Below are positions 51,076 to 64,000 of a stretch of 64,000 bases of DNA, piece after piece (position 1 is the stretch's first letter; each line of letters begins with the position of its first letter). The stretch is from assembly GCA_038087875.1 (NCBI GenBank), contig JAXLNO010000320.1:186001-250000 (forward strand). The letters run 5' to 3'. The translations under genes and the position numbers were made by a program. Below the pieces are notes generated by a model that worked only from the letters and a program-made list of their open reading frames with translations, was not told where the DNA came from and ran no database searches. This DNA comes from Malacoraja senta (taxonomy: Eukaryota).

Positions 51076-54039
51076 TGTTTTTCACTCAGTTCCATTTCCA
51101 TTTTTAAACATTTCCACCAGTTCATAAGCTTGTGTCTAAGCATTTCTCCCTCCCCCACCCAGTCCCATCCTTCCCCCCTAAATGGGTACCACCTTCCAGC
51201 TCTGTCTCATCCCTCCCTATACACTGCCCTGATGCAGGGCCTCGATCCACATCATTGAACATCCTTCTGCCTTTACAGATGCTGCTCAACCCATCCATTT
51301 CCTCCAGCAGTTTATTTTTCTCCTCTGGCTCAGTTCTTGCCCTGCCCTGAATGGTATGTCAGGGTTTAAATGTTCATGGATTCTGGGTTCAGCTAAAGGA
51401 ACAAGACTGAATTCTCTCTCCACATTTCCATTCTCTCTCCAATGTAAGTGCTGACCTGAAACACCACCTACCTATGTGTTAAAGAGATGTTGCCCAACTC
51501 GCTGAGATACTCCAGCACATTGTGTCTTTAAAAAAAAAAAGAGATTTTATTGTTGACTCATGGGCTGCAGTGGCTATGAATCCTCTTTTCATCCATTGAT
51601 TGGAGTTGATGGAGTTGAAATGGCTCATGGAATTAATGAACTGAAGACTGATTTTGAGATTCACTGCCAAAGGGTTCATGTGAAGACAACTCCTGACTCT
51701 TGACAAATTTCAATCTATAAAAGTTAACAAGATTAAAATTATTTCCTTTGTGGTTGAGATCACTGGGAAGTGGGAGGAGGTGCTTTTGATAAAGAGTTTT
51801 GATAAAGATGTTTGCCTGAGGTACCATCAAACCCAGGGATCCCTGACACTGAGAAGTGGGGGTTGGTTCCCAACACCTCAAACCAGCAAATTCACTCAGA
51901 CCCACAAGAGATAATGTTCCCAGCCCAGGGCCTGATCTCACAATCACAGAGCTGTTTAGCATGGAAAAAGGCCATTCTGCCCACCACATCCACCCTGACC
52001 CTGAAAGTTAGTGGCACAGGTAATAAAATTGACGAATTCCACAAGAGTGTATGAAATGCAGTCGTTAATCTAGCAGAGAAAGTGATGCTGTGCCACAGGG
52101 ATCGGTGCTGGGTCCACTGTCATATACTATTTATAGTACTGTAACGATTTGGATGCAAATAGCATGGTATATTTGTGGATTACACTAAAATTGGTGGTAT
52201 ATTGGACAATGGTTAACTAACATTACAATAGGATCTTGATGAGAGGCAGATGGAGTTTAACTCTGATAAATCAAGGTTTGCTAGGGCAAACAAGGGCAGG
52301 ACTTACACAAGTAAATGGTAGGGAGTGTTATAGAACACCTATCAAACTTATCTCCATATCCAGATTACTGAATGGTCCTTTCATAAGCTTAGGATGTATT
52401 ACCGATCTTCCAAGCTAATTGGACATTTTTATCTACCCTACACTTCCTCTGTAGCTACAACATTGTATTCTACACTATTTATGTTCTCCTTTGCACGGAA
52501 TGTATTATATATGGCTTAATTTGACTGGATAGCACGCAAAACAATATTTTCCGCTGTATCTCAGTACGTGATAATAATAACCCAATACCAACATGAGGCA
52601 AGCACTATGGAGCAAAGATCTGCTGCAGAATCTCAGAACAACCCAAAACCTAAGAATGATACTGCCTGTGTTTACAAGAGACAAGATATTGCTTTCATTG
52701 TACACAATCCTAGTTTACAGTGTACAACCCATAATGATGGTAATACATTAATCTGCAGCTTTCAGTAAACTTACATCCAAACCATTGCTGGTGTACAAGG
52801 ACTTCACCTACAAAGAGAAGTAGAGCGATTTGATTGAAGAGCTTTTGTCTGATTCAGAGCCTTCACCGAAAATGTTAACTTGGAGACACAAAGTACAGAT
52901 GCTGGAATCTTAAGCAAATATCAACGTGCTAGAAGTGTACCACAACAACATTGAAAACACATTTGGACAGGTATGTGGATAGGAAAGGTTTAGAGAGATA
53001 TGGGCCAAACGAAAGCAGGTGGGACTAGCGTAGATGGGGCATCTTGGTCGGCATGGTCAAGTTGGGCCAAAGATCCACAGCTGTATAACTGTGACTCTAC
53101 ATGGAATGAGCTGTCATCGGAGGTGGTAGAGGCAAGTACATGACATTGGTTAGGAAAGGATTAGGGGGTTATGGACTACACACAGACAAATGGGAATTAT
53201 GAGAAGTGTGGGTAAGTGGGTAGACAGTCAGAACCTTTTTCCCAGGATGGTAATATCAAAGAATAGATTTAAGGTTAGAGGGATAAAGTTTAAAGGAGAT
53301 GTGTGGGGCAAGATGTGTTTAAAAACAATGGTGGGTGCCCAGGGGTGGCGATGGAAGCAGATCTAATAGAGATGTCTAAGTGGCTTTTAGATAGGTACGT
53401 GGATTTGCAGGGAATGGAGGGATATGGATCAGGTGCAGGCAGAGGAGTTTAGTTTAACTTGGCAGCATATTCGGCAAAGACATTGTGGGCCTGTTCTATG
53501 TACGGTTCTGCGTTCTAGGGTGTGAGCAAGATTAGGCAACAGTACACTTGATGTTCAGAGGAAGGAAAGTCCCACATTGTTGAGGGATGGAATGAGTTGA
53601 AAAGTTACACAATGTGCCTTAACGTTGAGAGGAAGTGGGAGAGCTCACCACACAGCAACAGAGCACGTGAACAGGAGTCACACTCAGCAACTCCTTTTAC
53701 ACTAGACGATTTAATACTTTGCCAAGAAATTAAGTCAGCCGCAATTTAGCAGCAGGTGATGCAGATGCTACTGGAGTGCAGAAACAAGCCAAAAACGTGG
53801 AGCACATTTCACAATAGTGTCCCAAAAAATTATTTCCAAACAGAAGATCTGGTTAATATATAAACCCTGTTCCTGTTTTCCACCTTTCCTTCCTCTTTCA
53901 GTAGTGCTGAAGGTCAGAGATTTCCATCGCAAGTAATCCATTTGCTGGAAACATAAGCTGAAAAGAGAGCATGTTTCTTGTTTCAACCCTCAGCAGTAGG
54001 AGATGGAGTTGTGCAAAAAGTAATGAATAATCACATCTA

Positions 54040-54676
54040 CCTCACACTAGACACACGACGCTCCCACACACAGACACACACTGCACCACGGTCCCTCACA
54101 CACTGCACCGCACTCCCTCACACACACACACACACTGCACTGCGCTCCCACACACACTGCACTGCGCACCCTCATACACACACACTGCACCGCTCCCTCA
54201 TAGACTCACTGCACCATGCACCCTCACACACACACACACTGCACCGCTCCCTCATAGACTCACTGCACCACGCACCCTCATACACACACACTGACCGCTC
54301 CCTCATAGACTCGCTGCACCACGCACCCTCACACACACACACTGCACCGCTCCCTCATAGACTCACTGCACCATGCACCCTCACACACACACACACTGCA
54401 CCGCTCCCTCATAGACTCACTGCACCACGCACCCTCATACACACACACTGACCGCTCCCTCATAGACTCGCTGCACCACGCACCCTCACACACACACACT
54501 GCACCGCTCCCTCATAGACTCACTGCACCACGCACCCTCACACACACTGCACCACGCACCCTCATACACACACACTGCACCGCACACTCTCATACACACA
54601 CACTGCACCGCACACTCTCAGACACACTGCACTGTGCTCCCTCACACACACACACAAACTGCACCGTGCTCACATA
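54040..54676 (+). repeat. CACACTGCAC-based minisatellite (continues at 57645-57840)
   Basis: Repeated cacacactgcaccgctccctcatagactcactgcaccacgcaccctca units with variable (CA)n. Confidence 0.92.
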
Positions 54677-57644
54677 AGGACTTTATCTCACAATTTGGTG
54701 ATCTTATTGCTAGCTTGTTGCCCAAATTTGACCAGGTCCTGATTCTTGGTGACTTTAACATTCATGTTTGCTGTCCCACGAAGCCTCTTGTGAGTGAATT
54801 TATGAACCTGGTTGAGCCCTTCAATCTGTCTCTACTCACCACTGGTCCCACGCACAAGCTTGGCCATACACTAGGCCTAGTGCTTTCATCTGGTCTCCCA
54901 ACTTGTAACACAGATATTATTGATGCCTGCCTGTCTGATCATAGTGCTATTATATTCGATATATCTCTGCCCTTCTCTCCCTCAAAATCCCATCTCCCTG
55001 CTCGCTACTCCCGCTACGTTAACTCCACAACGGCCAGTAAGTTCTCTGAGGCTTACTGCCCCCGACATCTGCACTATTGAGGCGTCCACCCCCCATCTCA
55101 GTACCGACGACCTAATTTCTCTATTCAATAATACCTGCTCTTCCGTCCTGGATTCTGTTGCTCCTCTTAAAATGAAAAAGCCTCAGCCTAAAGGCGAGCC
55201 GTGGCTCTATGATACCACCAGAGCCCTAAGAAGAGAATGCAGAAAATCAGAACGGAAGTACAAATCTGATAAGCTTCAAATTTCCTTTGAACTCCTGAAA
55301 AATAATCTTCACAAATACCAGGAAGCAGTAAAATCTGCAAGAACTAAATACTTTTCCACCCTTATCTCCAAAAACGCGCAAAATTCCAAGGTCCTTTTTA
55401 GCACCATCACCTCCATCATCTGTCCTGCCACCAGCACCAGCCTAACTGGGTCCCCTGCTAAGTGCGAGGAATTTACCACATTTTTCACCAGCAAGGTAAA
55501 GAATATAAGAACGAATATTTCCCCTCCCAACCGTGACCTGGCTGTCTCATTGGTCTGCTCTTCAAAATTAGATTGTTTCCAACCCGTTACTCTACCCTCT
55601 CTTGTAAAACTGATCACCACCATGAAACCTACTACCTGCCCCCTCGACACTGTCCCCTCTGCCCTCCTAAAGGACGTCATTACAACAGCTGGTCCCAGCA
55701 TCCTCGCCATCTTCAACAGCTCTCTGGCCACTGCCACTGTACCTACCTGCTTCAAGCATGCGGTGGTCCAACCACTCCTGAAAAAACCTAACCTCGACCC
55801 CATCTTGCCAAGCAACTACAGACCCATTTCTAAACTGCCTTTCCTCTCAAAAGCCCTTGAAAAGGTAATTTTAAGTCAACTTATACCTTACCTTCACCAA
55901 AACACTATCTTGGAAACTTTCCAATCAGGTTTCAGGGCTCACCATAGCACAGAGTCTACCTTGTTGAAGGTACACAATGACCTACTGCTCACCGTTGACT
56001 CCGGCGACTGTGCAATTCTGCTCCTTCTTGACCTCAGCGCAGCATTTGATACTGTCGACCACACCATCCTAATTGACCGTCTCCGGTATGGGGTTGGTAT
56101 TGATGGCACTGCCCTGAGCTGGTTCATCTCCTACCTCAAAGGTAGGAGTTTCTCGACTAACATAGGCAACTCTTTCTCCTCCCCAGCTAATCTCTGCTGT
56201 GGGGTTCCACAAGGTTCCATCCTTGGCCCCATTCTCTTCTCCCTGTATATGCTCCCCTTAGGCCAAGTCATTGAAAGGCACGGCATTTCCTTCCATTGCT
56301 ACGCAGACGATACACAACTATCTCCCCCTGAAGCTCAAAAACCAATCAAATCTGTTGGTATATCCCATTTGCGTAATGCTCATAAAAATATTTGTTTCTC
56401 TCTTTTTCCTCTTTCTCTTTCTCTTTCTTTTCTAGGGTCTATTCCTTAACTCTTTTTCTTTTGTTTTTAATTTTGTTCTTATAGGGTCTTCGTCCTTTTT
56501 TGTTGTCACATTTTCTACACTCTCACGTTTTCCTTCACTTTCTTCTTTCTTTCAATCTTTTCCTTTTCTAGTGTAAAAAACAAATGGAGTACATTAATTG
56601 TAAGAAGACATAAGTGACGAGTACTAATGTATGTGGTTGTAATGTAATGTACTTCTAATAAATAAAAAATTAAAAAAATTAAAAATTAAAAATAAAAATA
56701 AAAAAATTAAAAAAACAATCAAATGTGCTTAACCTTATCCGCTGTCTCGAGGATATAAAGTGTTGGATGGTCCAGAACTTCCTCCAACTAAACGAGAGTA
56801 AGTCTGAGGTCATCCTTCTTGGCCCCTCGGACTCAATCAAAATGATAGCAGGAAGCCTTGGAAGCCTTACCCCACTACTCAAACCTCACGTCAAAAACCT
56901 TGGCATGATATTTGACTCAGCACTGAAATTTGACAAACAAGTCAATGCCGTGGTAAAAGCTAGCTTCTTTCAGCTTCGGACGATAGCTAAAATAAAACAA
57001 TTCCTCCAGTTTGATGACCTCGAAAAGATCATCCACACATTCATCTCCTCCCGCCTAGATTACTGCAACTCCCTTTACACTGGCATCAGCCAATTTTCCC
57101 TGTCCCGCCTGCAACTGGTCCAAAACGCCGCAGCGAGACTCCTGACGGGCACCTGTAAAAGGGACCACATCACCCCGATCCTGGCATCTCTCCACTGGCT
57201 CCCTGTGCGGTTCCGTATAAACTTCAAGATCCTCCTCCATGTCTACAAAGCCCTCAATGGGCTTGCCCCCACCTACATAAAAAGTCTTCTCACCCACCAC
57301 TCCACCTCCAGGCCCCTTAGATCGGCCGACTTGGGGTTGCTGAATATCCCACGGTCTAGGCATAAGCTCAGGGGCGACCGCGCCTTTGCGGTTGCAGCCC
57401 CTAGACTGTGGAACAGCATCCCCTTTCCCATCAGAACTGCCCCCTCCATCGACTTTTGAGTCAAGACTAAAAACTTATCTATACTCCCAAGCCTTTCCTG
57501 ACGTCCTCTGAGTGAGGGCTACATGTATATATGTATGTAGTTTGTTTTGTTTATGCTATTCTTATAACAAATGTAAAGCACTTTGGCCAACGAGTTGTTT
57601 TTTAAATGTGCTATATAAATAAATGTGACTTGACTTGTGACTTG
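54677..57644 (+). mobile_element. L2-clade LINE, 5'-truncated (APE + RT), interrupted
   Basis: ILGDFNIH, LSDH (APE); QSGFRAHHSTE, LLDLSAAFDTVDH, GVPQGSILGP, YADDTQL; (GACTT)n tail; ACATA duplication. Confidence 0.92.
56355..56715 (+). mobile_element. Poly(A)-tailed retroposed fragment (L1/Tx1-like 3' UTR) inside the L2
   Basis: T-rich body, AATAAA, A-rich tail; TSD caatcaaat(c/g)tg at 56343-56354 / 56716-56727. Confidence 0.7.
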
Positions 57645-58225
57645 ACATACACGCACTGCACTCTCTCTTAGATACACACTGGATTGTGCTCCCTCACAAG
57701 CACGCACTGCACCGCGCTCCCTCACACAGTCACGCACACACTGGCCTGTGCTCCGTCACAGACACACACTGCACCGCGCTCCCTCACAGACACCCACTGC
57801 ACCGCGCTCCCTCACAGACACACACTGCACTGCACTCCCTTACTTAAAGAATTTCTCCAAGTCATATGTTCAATTTTCTATGCCCTTTAATTTTCCGAAA
57901 TCTCCGAGTTGCCTGTTACATTCCTTGGGAACCATTGCATTTTGTATCCATGGCTTCTAGTTCTGCTCTTCCCCAGAAATGAAAATATTCTCTCTGCATC
58001 CTCTATCAAAGCCTTTCAGCATGTTAAACACCTGTTAAGTCACCTCACACTCATTCTTTCTCAGGAGCAAAGTAGCATTGTTAGTTCATACTTTCCTGAC
58101 ATGTAAATCTTTGTATTTCTGATACCATCCCTATAAATCAACAAACCTCTGCAGTTCCTCTATATTAATTTGTAATACCGTGACTGAAACTAACCTTCAG
58201 TGGGCCTCACCAAGTTGTGATTCAG

Positions 58226-58645
58226 TATGTGTAGGAAGGAACTGCAGATGCTGGTTTATACCAAAGATAGACACAAAATGCTGGAGTAACTCAGCGGGTC
58301 AGGCAGCATCTCTGGACAAAAAGAATAGGTGACGTTTCGGGTAGGAACCTTGCCTCAGACTGAAAGTAGAGGTGAAGAGGGGAATAAACTGGAGGTGAGA
58401 AAAGACCAGAACAAATCAGGGTTGGCAATGGATGACCTCAGGAAGGGTGGAGTCCATAATGACCCATTGTTGGCTGGGGACGATTTGATAACAAGAGGGA
58501 TACAAGGATGCGAACAGTGGAACTGGTAGGACGATTAGGGCGGAGGAGGGGGTGGGGGGAAGTGGAGAGGGGAGGGAATGCAGAAGTTACTTGAAATTTA
58601 AGAAATCAATGTTGTAAGTGGGTTGTAAGCTGCCCAAGTAAAATT
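58226..58645 (-). mobile_element. Penelope pLTR fragment
   Basis: gctggagtaactcagcgggtcaggcagcatctc and a degenerate hammerhead core. Confidence 0.7.
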
Positions 58646-58991
58646 CAGCATATTTTTTATACTTTTAGTTTATCCTTCTAGAAATAAACTTGCCGCTTTG
58701 TTTTTTACTATGGTCCTGCGAATCTGTGGCACAACTTCAGTGACTGGTGAATTTTACATCAAGATCCATTTGTTCCTCTGCACAAACAAAACTATCAGCT
58801 TCCGGATAATAAGCCTCATCTCTTCTCTCCCTCTCACAAATACTACCTCACCGTTATGTTTGACAGATAGAATGGCAGATATCTTGAACTCTTTGCCAGA
58901 TTGACAGTAGAGTCAGCTATAGGTATAATAATTCTAAATCTGCTATAATGACATTACACAAGATGGCATTTCGTAAGAACTACATGAATCA

Positions 58992-59114
58992 GTCTGAAGA
59001 AGGGTCTCGACCCGAAACATCGCCCACTCCTTCTCTCCATAGATGCTGCCTCACCCGTTTCTCCAGCATTTTTGTCTACTTTAGATTTTTCCAGCATCTG
59101 CAGTTCCTTCTTAA
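58992..59114 (+). mobile_element. Short Penelope-derived insertion with a hammerhead motif
   Basis: 10-bp TSD acatgaatca (58982-58991 / 59115-59124); CTGAAGA-A-GGGT-CTCG-ACCC-GAAA-CATC. Confidence 0.82.
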
Positions 59115-59421
59115 ACATGAATCATCAGGCTACCTTTTAAACCCATGTCCTTAAACATTTGAGTCTAATGGTTGTAGCTATGCTATTGTGGCTTTTGTAA
59201 TTGTTTATTCTTGAGGAAAAAAACATAATTCATTATGCTAAAAGAAAAAAAAAATTACATATAGGACTATGACAAAATTAAAATTCTATTGAATGAAATA
59301 AAAATTATAAAAGCATTACTCCAAATTGTATTATACTAAGGTCACAGGTATGAGCTAAATGGCTAAATTATGACAAAAAAATTCTCAAGTGCAATAGAAA
59401 TTAAAACTAAATGCATAGGTA

Positions 59422-59839
59422 ATTTATCGGTCCGCAATAACCAACCTGACCTCCCGGTGGTTCAGCACTTCAACTCCCCCTCCCATTCCGTATCTGACCT
59501 CTCTGTCCTGGGTCTCCTCCATGGCCACAGCGAGCAACACCAGAAATTGGAGGAAATGCACCTCATATTCCGCTTGGGCAGTCTACATCCTGGGGGCTTG
59601 AACATTGAATTCTCCCAATTCTGCTAGCCCTTGCTGTCCCCTCCCCTTCATCAGCCCTCTGGTTGTCTCCTCCCCTCCCCCAGCCCTCGGGCTCCTCCTC
59701 CGCCTTTTTTCCTTTTTTCCTTTCTTCTCCCCACCCCCTATCAGTCTGAAGAAGGGTTTCGGCCCGAAACGTTGCCTATTTCCTTCGCTCCATAGATGCT
59801 GCTGCAACCGCTGAGTTTCTCCAGCATTTTTGTGTACCT
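59422..59839 (+). mobile_element. Penelope 3' fragment (GIY-YIG end plus pLTR)
   Basis: 14-bp TSD taaatgcataggta; VQHFNSPSH...KLEEMHLIFRLGSLHPGGLNIEF; hammerhead core ~59746-59773. Confidence 0.88.
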
Positions 59840-59869
59840 TAAATGCATAGGTAGTTAAGTTTGCTACAA

Positions 59870-61556
59870 AAGTACATACCTAAAATTTATTAATAACTTG
59901 TCCTTAGGAGAATTGCTTCTGCCAGATCCTCTTTCATTGAAGCTTTTAAATCTGATTTAATTATTTTCAGTGCGGAGAAAGTCTCTCCACGCTGACCTAA
60001 GTGGGTGGTATGGCTGTTACTATCATAGCTGCAAATTTGACTATTTCTGAATAAGCAGGGATGACTTCTTATACTGCAAGTTTAGATGAGCGATTATATT
60101 TCTCTACATTTTAAAACACCAAGAAAATCTTGCTTAAATTCCATTAGTTTAACATCAAAAGGCTGCCTTCGCACATTTAAACGGGAATGCTTTGCTCTCA
60201 ACTGTTCAATTTTATCTAAATGTTTTGCAAAATCTGACCATCATTTGAAGAGGATGTGAAGGATTTGGAACTCCCATCTTCATTTTGTGGTTCTGACCTT
60301 TCAGGTAGTAGCCCTTTTATCCGAAATGCAACATCACAGAGGGCCTCTCTTGCTTTAGCAATTTGATCTTCGCTCAACAAGATTCAGTTCATTGGATCTA
60401 CGCAGATAGCAGCTAACAAGATCTGATTTTCAAGTAGCAGACTCTCTCTTTTCTTCATTGACAATACAATTCCTTCAGCAATTAATCCTCCAGCTTTGGA
60501 TATGTGAAATTATTTTTTCCCACTCCCATATGAATGTTCCAGGAGTAAAATCATCTGCTTGCAGCTTTTTGGTGACTGCATAAGGGTGAGCAAGCCGAGC
60601 TTCTAATTGTGATACCAACCTCCATTGACTTTTGGTTATTAAGACACGGGGATCAATATCTTCTAGAAACGGTTTTAGGTCAAGCAAACGCTTAACCATC
60701 ATATATGTGCTGCTCCAGCGAGTTGCTTGGTCCAAAATAGCTCCCTTTCCTGCACGTCTCTGGAGGATAGCAACAATTTTAGAGGTCCTGGCTGCTGTGG
60801 CTACTTGCCTCCCCTTACCTATCAGAGTAGCTGCATGGATTTCTTTCAATCCATCTCTCATTGCTAGTTGCAATGTATGTACAGCACAACACATATGTTG
60901 GATTAGACAGAGCTGAGATGCCTCCTCAACAATATCATCTAGTTTCATCATTCAGTTTCAGAATCTGCATCAGAGATCTCCCTTTCAGTAGTGACTTTTT
61001 CTTCTTCAACTTTATTAATCTTTTCTATTGTGCTTAGCATATTTGAAGCCTTATCAGTGACGATGCATAAAATCTGGTCTTTCTTAATTTCAAAATCTTT
61101 CAAAATTTCTTCCACTAAGTTCTAGAGATAAATGCTCTCATGATGTGCCTTGGTGTCCTTTACTCCTAATGACTGAGTTACTATTTTATTGTTTTCATCA
61201 ACAAATCTTGCATTGATGGCAAAATATTTAACTTTGCGACGAGTGGTGGCATCCATTTTAATGAAGATGAACCGCCCCTTAAGAGTTTTTCGAAGCTTTT
61301 CCTTTTCTTTCTTGGCTTCTTCAAGTATAAACTTTTCTCATACTCTCCCTTGCCAGAGAAACTCCTAGTTTCTTAGCCATTTGTCCATTTCTCTCGGGTG
61401 GAAATAAAGTGTGCGGTATGTTTAAAAAGTGGGATTTTTTCCGATTTACGTAGGCCTTTTTACCGACTCCAGCAGCATCAAAATTACGTGGGACTTTTTT
61501 ACCGACTCGGACTCCAGCAGCATCAAAATTGCTCCGACTCTGACTCCACAGCCCTG
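59870..61556 (-). mobile_element. hAT (Ac-like) transposon remnant with a decayed transposase
   Basis: Terminus CAGGGCTGTGGAGTC at 61556; motifs FIKMDATT, VTDKASNM, CAVHTLQL, TRWSST, PPT*VSVERL; the other TIR was not found. Confidence 0.85.
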
Positions 61557-62140
61557 ACCAGAACTGCATACAATAAATAGTCCAATACAGCCTAACTAAC
61601 ATTTTGTACCGCTGTAACATGACTTCCCAACTCTTGTATGCAGTACTTCAACCAATGAAGGCAAGCATAACATGTGCTTTCTTCACCACCCAGTCTATCC
61701 ATGTTGCCCATCTCGGGGATCTATGTACCTGCACTGTCATACAGGTTTTGTCATACTTCCAGGGCCTGCCATTCACTGTGTATATCCTGCCCTGGTTTAA
61801 CATCCCAAACTTAACGGCACACTTGTCAGTTAAATTCCACCGCCATCCCCTCACGCACTTTCCCAGTTGTTCTAGATCATGTAACCTTAGGAAACTTTTG
61901 CTATCGACTATGCCATCAATTTTGGTGCAATCTGAAAACGTTCTAATCATTAATGTTTCTCATCCAAATCATTAATATATACGACAAACAAGGGATACAG
62001 CATCACTGTGGCACACCACTGGTCACAGGCCTCCAATCTATAAAACAACTCTCCACTACCACCCTTTGCTTCCTACCACCAAGCTGATGTTATGTCCAAT
62101 TGTTTACTCATCCTGGGTATCATGAGTGCTGGACCCAACC
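61557..62140 (-). mobile_element. Degraded CR1 fragment
   Basis: VVKKAHVMLAFI-like and GVPQ-like remnants. Confidence 0.65.
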
Positions 62141-63519
62141 ACCTTTCTTCCCCCATGAAGTCGGAAATTGGGATATTTAACCCTCTATGTTCTAGTTTGG
62201 TTGCAAATTTTACAAATATAGATTTTCTAAAGACTTTCAATAAACAACTATAATAGTTTCCCTCTCCCCTGACTCTCAGCCTGATGAAGGGTTTCGACCC
62301 AAAACATACCCTATTCTTTTTCTCCAGAGATGCTGCCTGACCCGCTGAGTTACTCCAGCATTTTCCATCTATCTTCGATGTAAACTAGCATCTGGTGACT
62401 AAGGTCAGAAGGGGCAGAGCAAGGGATGAAACAATAGAATGGCTTCAAGAAGGGAAATAAAGTGGATGAATGGTTGGTAGTGGTGTTCCACATGGATCGG
62501 TACTGGGACCAATGTTGTTTAGAGTTTGCATCCCAACTTGATGATCTTTAATCAGACTTTACTGAACTGTCTTGCACTAAACGTTGTACCATTTATCCTG
62601 TATCTGTGCACTGTGGACAGGTTGATTGTACAGTTGATTTTGCTGACTGGATAGCTTTTCACTGTACCTCGGTTCACGTCACAATAAAAAAACTAAACTA
62701 AGACTGGACGACATAGGTTGAAGGTGAGAGGGAGGAGGTTTAAAGGGGATAAGAGGGGTACATTTTTCACCCAAAGAGTAGTTGGTAACTGGAATGAGCT
62801 GCCAGAGGCCATGGTAGAGGCAAGAAGAGTAACAATGTTTAAAATAAATCTGGACATACTTAAATGAGTAGAGAATAAAGGGATATTTGAATTATGTAGG
62901 CAACTGATATTTGTATGGTTAGCACAGACACAGTGAACAATTCTATGGCTCTCTGATCTCCTTAGTGATCTCCGGGGCGTGGGGTAACTGACCTCCAACA
63001 ACCTTGTGACCACCTTGTTTTGAGTAAGGTCCATCTCCTTGCTTTCATCCTCCTGATCTACTTGGGTCCATGCACACTGTTCACCTCAACCATATCCTGT
63101 AGTGCAGTGTTCCACATTCTCAGCACTTCCCACAGAGGTTAACCCCAAGTTCCTGGTCCTCTTTGTGACTTATGTGTGTTTATACCCCTGACCTTGGAAT
63201 TCCCCCACATCTATTTTGTCCACCCTCTGACCTAATGGTCACTCCTCAGCCTTACCCTGAGATAGCCCCAGCCTATCCCCTACTGTCTTCTGAGAATTAC
63301 AGGTGTTCAGTTCCAATCAGGACCATGTAAATCAGTTTACACTCTCTCAACAATGTCCAAACTGTGAGATTCTGATGTTTGTGCAGGGGCTGGCAAGTAA
63401 GATTAACCTGGTCCATTTTTGGCCTGACTATCGTCAGTGGATAATCTAGGACAACACCCATGCTAAGACAGTTCAGCGCCGGAACTCCGTCTTAAGGAGG
63501 GATGGGGTCTCACCCAAGC

Positions 63520-64000
63520 TCAAGGTTTAGATTTATTATTGTCACATGTACCAAGGTACAGAGAAAAGCTTTGTTTTGTGTGCTCTCCAAATAGATCAGA
63601 TAATATGTGTAGGAAATAACTGCAGATGTTGGTTTAAATCAAAGGTAGACACAAAAAGCTGGAGTAACTGAACATGACAGGCAGCATCTCTGGAGAGAAG
63701 GATTGGGTGACGTTTCGGATCGAGACCCTTCTTCAGATAATATCATACATAATAATCAAGTCAAACTTAAGTACAAACGTAAGAGCAAAGGGAAAGATAG
63801 AGTGCAGAATATAGTTTTCAGCATTGTAGTGCATCAGTTCCATTGATAAAATCCAATGTCCACAATGGGGTAGAGGTGAATCGGACAGAACCCTAGCTTA
63901 TGGAAGGACCCTTCAGAAACCTGGTAAGAGGGGAAGTAGCTCTTCCTGAATCTGGTGGTATGAACTTTCAAACTTCTGTATCTTCTCCCAGACGTAGGTG
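63520..64000 (-). mobile_element. Rex1/Babar-like 3' end containing a short Penelope insertion (63607-63732)
   Basis: SGRRYRSLKVHTTRFRKSYFP; tail ctgtaccttggtacatgtgacaataa; inner insert flanked by tcagataatat (63596-63606 / 63733-63743). Confidence 0.78.

Noticed and set aside
53640..53990. Possible minus-strand exon of an upstream gene such as TBC1D24
   Set aside because: A splice-acceptor-like site is present, but the peptide is unrecognisable and there are no partner exons
53978..54451. 157-aa His/Thr-rich ORF
   Set aside because: Translation of the CA-rich minisatellite
54180..54540. Regularly spaced repeats resembling a CRISPR array
   Set aside because: No unique spacers, eukaryotic context and no cas genes; it is a minisatellite
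61440..61556. Tandem ccgactcc/cagcagcatcaaaatt repeats
   Set aside because: Explained as subterminal repeats of the hAT end

Overview
Repeat-rich vertebrate genomic DNA, most likely an elasmobranch (skate/ray or shark), inferred from HE1-type V-SINEs and the CR1/Penelope repeat mix. It holds two convergent host genes: the last six coding exons of TRAP1 (+, 818-7948) and the complete 3-exon ATP6V0C (-, 29831-17362; 154 aa), whose CpG-island promoter has CLEAR-like E-box, YY1 and TATA-like motifs. The rest is mostly transposable elements: CR1, L2 and Rex1/Babar LINEs, Penelope-like elements (PLEs), V-SINEs, a Mag-type Ty3/Gypsy LTR element, a Passport-like IR/DR Tc1, hAT remnants and MITEs. Three things stand out. 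(1) Four divergent copies of a ~0.7-0.9 kb GC-rich non-coding retroelement keep two hairpins through covarying pairs and carry Rex1-like 3' tails. (2) Many PLE-derived short insertions carry a minimal hammerhead-ribozyme core; several are TSD-flanked and start at the core. (3) A four-level TE nest at 34.7-44.8 kb can be resolved by its target-site duplications. All calls were made by eye; family names come from recalled motifs, not database searches, and fragment boundaries are approximate.
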